Source of the DNA: Leucoraja erinacea
Taxonomy: Eukaryota
Assembly (NCBI RefSeq): GCF_028641065.1
Contig: NC_073405.1
Coordinates: forward strand, 3,782,001-3,846,000
Direction: 5' to 3'
DNA length: 64,000 nucleotides
Shown here piece after piece: positions 12,701 through 24,700 of this stretch. The notes under the pieces are model-generated. The model had not been told where the DNA came from and made no database searches. It was given only the letters and a program-made list of their open reading frames with translations. How positions within the stretch are numbered: position 1 is the first letter of the stretch; the number at the start of each line of letters is the position of its first letter. The translations under genes and the position numbers were made by a program.

Positions 12701-15700
12701 GAATTAAAATAACAATGGGTTGTTCAAGGTCACTGCAAACAGAAACGTTTTTTGGCAAAGTCACTTAATCTGCAAATCATTTTTCAAGTGTGGAGCAGTG
12801 AGAGAGAGAGAGAGAGAGTTCGGATAAATTGCAAGATAAAGAACAAGGTTTAAATTTTTTTTTTTTTTTAAAACGTACTTATCCTCATTTCTGAACACAG
12901 CCCACACACAACTCACGCAGGCACAGAACATGCCCAGGAGTAACATCCGCACTTGGGGTCGTTTGTGAGTACACGGCAGCTCTGGAATCCTGAATGGAAG
13001 CAGAGAGAAATAAATGCCAGAGTAACATCGGGAGGACAAGGGTGAATACTAAAAAGCAGCATTGTTTCAACACCAGCTTCACCCGTTTCAAAAAGGATCA
13101 TATTTTAAAATTATATTATACCTGCATTCACAGAAAGGAATTTTCTGAACAAATGGGGCCAGGCAGCTGTAAAGTCCAATGGAGGAAGCAAGGCAGAAAA
13201 TTCCTATAATTGCGTACACTGGTTTAGAGAAAGGGAAAACATAACGTGAGAAATGCCGCACAGAAATATCAAAGCAGTTTCTACAATTTTGCTCCCTGCA
13301 CTTAAAAAAATGATGGCAGCTAATTACAACCTGAATATTTCCTCTGTATTTTATTTATTGCTCATTGTCCACCCATTTCTTCTGTTGCAAAAAAAACTTG
13401 TATTGTTCCAGAGACCAGTTATTCTCGTCACCTCACATATTTGGCTTTTGAAACTGGGCAATTAATTTTTATAGGATGGGTGTGAATGGATAGAGTGGAT
13501 GTGGAGAGGACATTTCCACTAGTGGGAGAGTCTAGGACCAGAGGCCATCATCTTGGAATAAAAGGATGTACCTTTAGAAAGGAGATGAGAAGGAATTTCT
13601 TCAGTCAGAAGGTGGTGAATTCACTGTACACGTGACAATAAACTAAACTGAACTCAGTCTCCCTTCAGAGAAAGGTTCAGCTGCAGAACACTGAGAACCT
13701 GTGGAATTCATTGCCATTGACGTTTGTGGAGTTCAAGTCAATGGATATTTTTAAGGTGGAAATTGACAGATTCTTGATTAGTAAGGGTGTCAGGGGTTAT
13801 GGGGAGAAGGCAGGAGAATGTGGTTGAGAGGGAAAGATAGATCACCTATGAATGGTGGAGTAGACTTGGTGGGCCGAATGGCCTAATCCTGCTCTTAGAA
13901 ATGATGAACCGTGAAGGACTCTCACTTCAGCCCAATGTGGATCTTGCTCAAAAATGCACATAATAAGCTGTTTCAGTAGATCATTTTCCTTTTATTATTT
14001 ATTCAATTGAGATCAGTCAACTCAAGACCGAGTAGGTCAGAGATAGGGAAATGATGAAGGAAGGGAACTGGAAATCTCTTTGTTACAGATGCGAAGCAAA
14101 GCTCCGTGTATTCGTCCACTCTCCCCAGCAGTCAATATAGGTTCTATGTTGAGATTGTTCTTGTCAGGACCTCAATGCATTTAACCCACAATAATAGGTT
14201 TAGGGCGGCACGGTGGCACAGCAGTAGATTTGCTGCCTCACAGCGCCAGAGACCTGGGTTCGATCTCGACCACGGGTGCTGTCTGAACGGAATTTGTACA
14301 TTCTCCCCGTGACCTGCGTGGGTTTTCTCCGGGTGCTCCGTCCGGTTTTCCCCCACACTCCAAAGACGTACGGGTTTGTAGGTTAATTGGCTTCAGTACA
14401 ATTGGTAAATTATCCCTAGTGTGTGTAGGATAGCGTTACTGCGTGAGGATCGCTGGTTGGGGCGGACTCGGACCCTGTTTCTGCTCTGTATCGCTTAACT
14501 ACCACACCATCCTAGCCACACACTCATCTCCCCGCTACCTTCAGGTAGAAGGTACAGGAGCCTGAAGCCTGCGAAGAAATAGCCTCTTCCCCACAGCCAT
14601 CAGGCTATTAAACTCAACTGAAACAAGTCTCTGAACACTAATAGACCATTATCTGTTTATTTGCACTTTATCTGCTTATTTATTGATGTTTGTATATATA
14701 TTGATATAATGGTATATGGACACACTGATCTGTTCTGTATTCGTGCCGTCTATATTCTGTTGTGCTGAAGCAAAGCAAGAATTTCATTGTCCTATCTGGG
14801 ACACATGCCAGTAAACTCTCTTGACTCTAACTAAACTAAAAATAATATTAAGGTGCAACGTCTAGCCTACTGTGTATTTGCAAATTCAGAAAGCAGCGAC
14901 ATACCTAGCTGATTGTAAAAGTAGTAAAGGAGTACCAGCATTGAGCAGCACATCACCACAAAAATACAGATCATAATTGGCGTCACATCAATAGTCTCAT
15001 CATCTTGTTTGTCCACTCCATCGTGCTTGTGCTTCATGTATCGCCTTTAAAAAACAAAATGTTAATAATAGGCACGCTTTACGTAAAAGTTTCACATCAT
15101 TGCAAAGTGGACCCTGAAGATTCAAACATGACACGAGTGTTTTCAAAAGGCAATATGCTGCCCGAAAGCAAATGAAGGCCAAGGAGCTAAGAAACTGTGA
15201 AAATTGGAAACCCACCCAAATAAATAGTGTCACAAATTATTTCATCCTTTTAATTCTGTGACAATGACAGTAACAGGTCAATTAAAGGGAGCAAGGTGGT
15301 GCATTGAGATTAAATATTACAATTTCCATCTGTGGGGCACAGATTCAAAATCAGATAATTCCGGGCTTTGTAGTTACCCCTCATTGACAAACACAATAAC
15401 TTTTGCCTCCCAATCCAGTTGCTGAAGCAATGACCAAACACATTGAACCAGGGCATGGTGTTTAAGAAGGAACTGCAGATGCTGGAGAATCGAAGGTTAC
15501 ACAAAAAAGCTGGAGAAACTCAGCGGGTCTGAAGAAGGGTTTCGGCCCGAAACCTATTTTCGTCCATAGATGCTGCCCCCGGCAACTTTAAGCTAGTGAA
15601 CACTTTAACCAACACATGTTAATAAGTGAAACCCAACAATTTCGTTATTGCCCTTAACTTTATGAACACTTTAACCAACACTTTATGAGTGAAATAACAG

Positions 15701-18700
15701 TTACCTCCAGTAACTAATGATGAACAGATACCTCCAGTATACCAGAACCAAACACAGTCAGTCAATGAGAAAAAATGTACAAATCCAGAATCAACAAATT
15801 TACCCCCAGAGTAATCCCCAGGTTGGGAACCCTTGCCTAAGAAGTAGGGTAAACATCACTGGTACTCCACAAGTTACATCTCAAGGATTAGATCCTACTT
15901 TTTGAAGCATAAAGAAGGTACTTCTAAACTGGACTACAACATCAGATATGCAAAAGAGAACAAGAGAAGAGAATTGCAGTTATGCAAATAATAATTCAAA
16001 ATTATATGTAAATATAATGCAAACATCTGCCTGGCAGATAGGCACAATATGCTGGAGTAACTTGGGTCAGGCAGCATCTCTGGAGAAAAGAAATAGGTGA
16101 TGTTTCAGGTCGAGACTCTTCATCAGAATGGAGCGGCTGGGCTTGTACACTCTGGAGTTTAGAAGGATGAGAGAGAATCTTATTGAAACATATATGATTA
16201 TTAAGGTTTTTGGACACGCTAGAAGCAGGACACATATTCCCGAAATTGGGGGAGTCCAGAACCTGGGGTTATTAAGAATAAGGGGTAAGCCATGTAGAAC
16301 GGAGATGAGGAAACACTTTTTCTCACAGAGTTGTGAGTCTGTGGAATTCTATGCCTCAGAGGATGGTAGAGGCCGGATCTCTGGATACTTTCGAGAGCTA
16401 GATAGGGCTCTTAAAGATAGCAGAGTCAGGGAATATGGAGAGAATGCAGGAACGGATTACTGATTGGGGATGATCAGCCATGATCACATTGAATGGCGGT
16501 GCTGCCTCGAAGGGCCGAATGGCCTACTCCTGCACCTATTATCTATTGTCTATTGACTGAGAGTCAGGGAGTGAGAGACAGCGTGTCATTGTCACAGATT
16601 TAAAGGGATGAAATAATATGTGACACTATTTATTTGAACGGGTTTCCAATTTTCTTAGCTCCTTAGCCTTCATTTATTTTCAGGCAGGATATTGCCTTTT
16701 GACAGAATGCTGCCTGACCCACTGAGTTACTCCAGCATGTTGTGTCTATTTTCGGTGTAAACCAGAATCTGCACATCTGTCTGGCAGAGTCAGACAAGCT
16801 GATTGGAGCACTATCCACATCTGTCAGTGCCTTGTCTCACTCCAATCTGATTGTCATTTCCTCAGCACCACCACTTACTTCTTCACATCTTTGCTTCCTG
16901 CCCAGTAGCCACCAATTGCTACTGTACCGACTGCCATTACAAAGATAACCACCATGTTATAGTCCAGGAACGGTTCATTTGGGGCGTACATCGCCACTTT
17001 GATTGCTTTCCCAAACGTCTGTTGGGGAAAGAAAGCAGGATTTAAGTTTTCAGGTCACTAGCTGACATCGTACATCGCTGGCTGTACAGGACAGGTTGTT
17101 GGAGCCCCTCCATAAAATTGACATGCTAAACTTTTAAATGGTCAACTTATGATTCTGCTCTGTCTCCTCACCTTCTAACAGCTAATGATAGCATCTGGGC
17201 TTTCATGTCTTTTGGGGCCACGTATTTTGGATATCGACGGACAAAGCTAGGTCCCATTTTTAACAATTCCCAAGTACATGATGCTAATTGTTTTGCTATT
17301 CTGATTTAATCTGTAACAATACAAGACAGATGAATGGCAACAATAAAACAATCATCAGGTCAACATTGAAGCACAGTATACTAACAAGTAAATGATACAA
17401 TGCCCTCCATAATGTTTGGGACAAAGTCCCATCGTTTATTTATTTGCCTCTGTACTCCAATCTCTGTACTGTTTTTTTTCTATTACAAATCTCAAATTGC
17501 AGAGTACAGAGGCAAATAAATAAATGATGGGCCTTTGTCCCAAACATTATGGAGGGCAATGTACAAGTGCAGGACGGTATTGCAGTGCTTGGAGGGATGA
17601 GACTGACAGAATTGCAGTACGGGTGCAGCAGTGGCGAAATAGGCAACGTTTGGGCAATACCCTCTCGTAGTGTTTCGGCCCGAAACGTTGCCTTTTTCGC
17701 TTAATGCTTCACCCGCTACGTTCCAGCTTAAATACAGTAACCTGCTTCACAGAATTGCTCAAAGTGGGTAAAATGAGAGAATATCTAGATTGTCTCAGAA
17801 GATCACTTCAAATTAAATACAGCATCCTGCTTCAAAGCTCAATAATTGAGAGAACCTAGATTGCTCAGAAGATACTTCAAATTAAATTAGTAAACTAGAC
17901 TGCAACAATCAATCAAATCTCTAGTGTTTGGCAGGGTCTGCTAGCTTTGAAGTAGTTCCTGACTATTACCAGCAGATACCAACAATCTCTTGATGGCCTT
18001 GCTCCAGAAACTAGAAAGGGTGTAGAGAAAATTTACAAGGATGGTACACAAAAAAGCTGGAGAAACTCAGCGGGTGCAGCAGCATCTATGGAGCGAAGGA
18101 AATAGGCAACGTTTCGGGCCGAAACCCTTCTTCAGACTGATGGGGGGTGGCGGGGAGAAGAAAGGAAAAAGGAGGAGGAGGAGAACGAGGGCTGAGGGAG
18201 AGATAGGAAGGGGAGGAGACAGCAAGGGCTAACAGAATTGGGAGAATTCAATGTTCATGCCACCAGGATGCAGACTCCCCAAGCGGAATATGAGCTGCTG
18301 TTCCTCCAATTTCCGGTGGTGCTCACTCTGGCCATGGAGGAGGCCCAAGACAGAGAGGACGGATACGGAATGGGAGGGGGAGTTGAAGTGCTGAGCCACC
18401 GGGAGGTCAGGACTTCCTTTGGGTGGGGGTAACAGGCCCTTCGGCCCAACCTACCTATGCCGACCTATCTATCTATGCTAAATGTGTAGGAACGAACTGC
18501 AGATGCTGGTTTACACCGAAGATAGACACAAAATACTGGACTAACTCAGCGGGACAGGCAGCATCTCTGGATGGAAGGAATGGGTGACGTTTTGGGTCGA
18601 GACCCTTCGTTAGACTGAGTCTGACCCTTCTGCAGACTGAATCTGAAGAATGGCCTTGACCCGAAACGTCACCCATTCCTTCCATCCAGAGATGCTGCCT

Positions 18701-21700
18701 GTCCCGCTGAGTTACTCCAGCATTTTGTGTCTACATCCATCCACACTAGTCCCACCCACCTGTGTGTGGCTCATATCCCTATAAACCACAGTTAAATTAT
18801 AACTGCAGATGAACAGTAAGCCACGTTTGCCAATTAATTTCAGTCAGCTTTCAGGTTCCAAAGGTCCTGAGTTTTCTTCCACACACGTCTAACAGCCTAT
18901 GAGTGAGAGCTGCAGTCACTGACCCACTCCGAACAGCAGTAAATACTTTCAAAACACCACACCCTCTAACATGGACACATGAGAAGCTTTACCTTTGATA
19001 TATCAAGCATGTCATCGTAACTGAGGAGAGCAACTGGGATATCAATCTCCTCGTACTGACTCCCATTTCCACCCGGGGGCACCTGCAAAGTCGAAGAGAC
19101 ATTTCTACATAAATCAAAAATGATAGTTTACACTGACATATCTATGATCATATTGTTCCATTATGCATTTACTTAACAGTTTTAAGAAATGCAAGACGAG
19201 AAAGCAAGAGCCTTGGGCACTGTCAGCACAAACAGTACCGTGCCTTGTCATTTGTGCCAACGTTTCCTATAGATTCACCACGAGGAAACTGATAATTGGC
19301 AGAATAACAAACAACACATTTATCCCATTACCAGTGGATTTCCCATGGCACTGCTCATGAAGCTATTAAGAGAAATAGCCCGAGCAATCGCAAAAAAAAA
19401 AAAGAAGGCACAATCTGGGGGCTATATAAAAAGATGCAAAGCCATGGAAAACAAAGTCATACCACTGGAACATCAAAAAAAGGAACACAGTTGTACAGTA
19501 CTGATATAGGCTCTCTGTGTCTGGTAACCATCTTACCCATCTAACTTAATCCCACGCCTGCATCAATTCCATATCCCTCTTCTCAACGCAAAACATCACC
19601 CATTGAGTCGAAAGTCGTAAGTTATGGGAGCAGAATTAGGCCATTCAGCTCATCAAGTCTACTCCGCCATTTAAACATGGAGGGCACTGTATGTTATCCC
19701 ACTTTCTCACCCACCCCCTACACACTACATCTCTCCTTCCTAACCCCATTCTTCTGCCCTCGCCCCATAACCCAACACCCGTACTAATCAAACCAGACCC
19801 AGACCGTCACCCATTCCTTCGCTCCTGAGATGCTGCCTGTCCTGCTGAGTTACTCCAGCATTTTGTGTCTGTCCCTCTGTACGTTGTTCATTCAATTATG
19901 TGTCAAAATGTTTCTTAAAATGTAGTTACTGCTTGTGTTGTCACCACTTCCTCTGGCAATTCATTCCAGATACCAACTACTCCATGTGAAAAATTTACCC
20001 GAAAAACATCCTTTGAAACTTCTTCACACCTTTATCTTATATCCTCTAATTTTAGTCACTCGGCTGCCATTAGACGCACACACTAGTCATCTACCCCAGG
20101 TGGACGCAAAATGCTGGAGTAACTCAGCGGGACAGGCAGCATCTCTGGAGAGAAGGAATGGGCGACATTTCGGGTCGAGACCCTTCTTCAGACTGAATCT
20201 ACCCCATCTACGCATCTTATAATTTTATATGCTTCGATCTTGTCAGCCCTCTTTGCTGTAGGGAAATCTAGAAAAGAAACAGATAAAACATTTATTTTCA
20301 TCCAAAACTACTTTTTTGAATGAAGTCCCTGCCCCAGAAGGGCCATAAAGAGTGGACCTACAGGGTAGTTAAGAGCAAAGGACGAAGATGTTTCAGACTA
20401 TTGAACGAGGGACAGTGGGAGGAAGTATTCCAAAACATGTTCCACATGCATTTAGAAGGCCACTGGGAATGGAGCAATTGCACAGTGAGGGTGGCAGTGG
20501 CACAGCGGTAGAGTTACTGTCTCACAGTGCCAGAGACCCGGGTTCAATCCTAAGTGTGTGCTCTCTGTACAGAGTTTGTACGTTCTTCCTGTGACCTGCG
20601 TGGGTTTCCCCGGATGCTCTGTTTGCCTCCCACACTCCAAAGATGTGCAGATTTGTAGGTAAATTGGCTTCGCTAAAAACTGGATAGCATGCAACAAAAG
20701 CTTCTCACTATACCTCGGTACACGTGGCAATAGACTAAACTAAACTTTATCTTTTTTTAAATTTTCGATCGATGTACAGAAACTTAATTATTTCTTCAAC
20801 GTAAAGCATTTTGGTTTCAACGCGAGTTGATTTAAACGTGCTATATCAATAACATTTACTTACTTACTTACTAAACTAATTGTAAACGTGCCCCTAGTGC
20901 GTAGGACTGTACTCGTGTGTAGGGCGATCGCCAGTCGCCGCGGACTCAGTGGGCCGAAGGTCCTGTTACCGCGCTCTCTCTCGCTCTAAAGTCTAAAGGC
21001 GGGATGGCTTCAGAACGGAACAACTCGACTTGGCAAGGAACTAAAGAATACACTTGCCCAAGGGTATGGAGGACCACATAAAAAATGTCAGGGTTGGTGG
21101 CAAGTTTAACACAATGGTGAATAACCACTGGAGACAAGGAAGCACGTGTGCAAATTATTAGAAACAAGAACACAAGGTGAACCAAAGGCAGAAAAACAAC
21201 CGTTATCACAAGAGGTTGTGTTTAAGAAAGAACTGCTGATGCTGGAAAAATCAAAGGTAGACAAAAATGCTGGAGAAACTCAGCGGGTGAGGCAGCATCT
21301 ATGGAGCGATGGAATAGATGACGTTTCGGGTCGAGACCCTTCCGGGTCTCGACCCGAAACGTCACCTATTCCTTCGCTCCATAGATGCTACCGGGTCTCA
21401 ACCCGAAACGTCACCTATTGCTTCGCTCCATAGATGCTCCCTCACCCGCTGAGTTTCTCCAGCATTTTTGTCTGCTGCTGTCACAAGAGGACCAGGAAAG
21501 AATCTGAAATTGCTCTGCAGCGGCACCTGGAGGCCAGAGTCTAGAATTGAAGCCACTGTGGAACCACTCCACCAGAATCTTTAACATGAAATGTCAACAC
21601 CCTTTCAAACGTCACATGGTTTAGCTTGCTAAAGAGTATCAGCATACATAAAGCATTAATAAAGTCTAATCTAATCTAATCTAATCTAAAATACCTGGTG

Positions 21701-24700
21701 CAAAGTACATCATTTCCAGAGGGAACGTTGCACGTAACAGCTGGTAAATCGACTGCCTCACAGTGCCAGAGACCCAGGTTCCATCCTGAACTCGGGTGCT
21801 GTCGGTGTGGAGTTTGCACATTCTTCCCGTGAGTGCAAGAATTTCCTCCCATTTCATCCCACACCCCAAAGACATGCGAGTTTGGAGGTTAATTCTACTC
21901 TGTAAATTGTCCCTAGTGTGTAGGGAGTGGGTGAGAAAGTGGGATAACATACAGTGCCCTCCATAATGTTTGGGACTAACCATATATAACCATATAACAA
22001 TTACAGCACGGAAACAGGCCATCTCGGCCCTTCTAGTCCGTGCCGAACACTTATTCTCCCCTAGTCCCATCTACCTGCACTCAGACCATCACCCTCCATT
22101 CCTTTCCCGTCCATATAACTATCCAATTTATTTTTAAATGATAAAATCGAACCTGCCTTCACCACCTCCACTGGAAGCTCATTCCACACAGCTACCACTC
22201 TCCGAGTAAAGAAGTTCGCCCCCATGTTACCTCTAAACTTCTGTCCCTTAATTCTCAAGTCATGTCCTCTTGTTGAATCTTCCCTACTCTCAGTGGGAAA
22301 AGCTTATCCACGTCAACTCTGTCTATCCCTCTCATCATTTTAAATCATGATAAAGTCCCCCCTTAGCCTTCTGCGTTCCAAAGAATAAAGACCTAACTTG
22401 TTCAACCTTTCTCTGTAACTTAGTTGCTGAAACCCAGGCAACATTCTAGTAAATATCCTCTGTACTCTCTCTATTTTGTTGACATCCTTCTAATAATTAG
22501 GCGCCCAAAATTGTACACCATACTCCAGAATTGGCCTCACCAATGCCTTGTACAATTTGTAACATTACATCCCAACTTCTATACTCAATGCTCTGATTTA
22601 TAAAGGCCAGCACACCAAAAGCTTTCTTTACCACCCTGTCTACATGAGATTCCACCTTCAGGAAACTGTGCAGTTAATCCTAGATCCCTCCGTTCAACTG
22701 CATTCCTCAATTCACTACCATTTACCATGTACGTCCTATTTTGATTTGTCCTGCCAAAATGTAGCACCTCACACTTATCAGCATTAAACTCCATCTGCCA
22801 TCTTTCAGCCCACTCTTCCAAATGGCCTAAATCTCTCTGTAGACTTTGAAAATCGACTTCATTATCCACAACACCACCTATCTTAGTATCATCTGCATAC
22901 TTACTAATCCAACTTACCACACCATCATCCAGATCATTGACGTACATGACAAACAACAGTGGACCCAACACAGATCCCTGTGGCACCCCACTAGTCACTG
23001 GCCTCCAACCTGACAAACAGCCATCCACCATTACTCTCTGGCATCTCCCATTCAGCCACTGTTGAATCCATCTTGCTACTCCACCATTAATACCCAACAA
23101 TTGAACCTTCTTAACCAATCTTCCATGAGGAACCTTGTCAAAGGCCTTACTGAAGTCCATATATACAACATCCACTGCTTTACCCTCATCAATTTACCGA
23201 GTAACCTCTTCAAAAAATTCAAGATTAGTCAAACATGACCTTCCAGGCACAAATCCATGTTGACTGTTCCTAATCAGACCATGTTTGTCCAGATCCATAT
23301 ATATATTATCTCTAAGCATCCTTTCCATTAATTTGCCCACCACTGACGTCAAACTAACAGGTCTATAATTGCTAGGTTTACTCTTAGAACCCTTTTTAAA
23401 CAATGGAACAACATGCGCAGTACGCCAATCCTCCAGCACTATTCCCGTTTCTAATGACATTTGAAATATTTCTGTCATAGCCCCTGATATTTCTACACTA
23501 ACAAGGACCCATCATTTATTTATTTGCCTCTGTTCTCCACAATTTGAGATTTGTAATAGAAAAAAAATCACATGTGGTTAAAGTGCACATTGTCAGATTT
23601 TATTAAAGGGTATTTTTATACATTTTGGTTTTACCATGTAGAAATGACACCTGTGTTTATACATAGTCCCCCCATTTCAGGGCACCATAATGTTTGGGAC
23701 ACATGGCTTCACGGGTATTTGTAATTGCTCAGGTGTGTTTAATTGCCTCCTTAATGCAGGAAGAAGAGAGCTCTCAGCACCTAGTCTTTCCATCACCTTT
23801 GGAAACTTTTATTGCTGTTCAACAACATGAGAACCAAAAGTCAAAGAAGCCATTATGAGACTGAGAAACAAGAATAAAACTGTTAGAGACAGCAGCCAAA
23901 CCTTAGGCTTACCAAAATCAACTGTTTGGAACATCATTAAGAAGAAAGAAAGCACTGGTGAGCTTACTAATCACAAAGGAACTGGCAGGCCAAGGAAGAC
24001 CTCCACAGCTGATGACAGAAGAATTCTCTATAATAAAGAAAAATCCCCAAAACACCTGTCCAACAGATCAGAAACACTCTTCAGGAGTCAGGTGTGGATT
24101 TGTCAATGACCACTGTCCACAGAGCACTTCATGAACAGAATTACAGAGGCTACACTGCAAGATGCAAACCACTGGTTAGCCACCAAAATAGGATGGCCAG
24201 GTTACAGTTTGCCAAGAAGTACTTAAAAGAACAACCACAGTTCTGGAAAAAGGTCTTGTGGACGGATGAGACAAAGATTAACTTATATCAGGGTGATGGC
24301 AAGAGCAAAGTATGGAGGAGAGAAGGAACTGCCCAAGTTCCAATGCATACCACCTCATCTGTGAAACACAGTGGTGGGGGTGATATGGCCTGGGCATGTC
24401 TGGCTGCTGAAGGTACTGGCTCACTTATCTTCATTGATGATACATCTGCTGATGGTAGTAGCAAAATGAATTCTGAAGTGTATAGACACATCATATCTGC
24501 TCAAGTTCAAACAAATGCCTCAAAACTCATTGGCCGGCGGTTCATTCTACAGCCAAACATTGATCCCAAACATACTGCGAAAGCAACAAAGGAGTCTTTC
24601 AAAGCTAAAAAATGGTCAATTCATGAGTGGCCAAGTCAATCACCCGATCTGAACCCAATTGAGCATGCCTTTTATACAGACAAGCCCACAAAACAAGCAA

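Noticed and set aside
17730-17890. Imperfect ~75-bp tandem duplication with many small indels
   Set aside because: The indel pattern resembles low-quality long-read consensus (as at ~55000-55450); it cannot be distinguished from an artefact.
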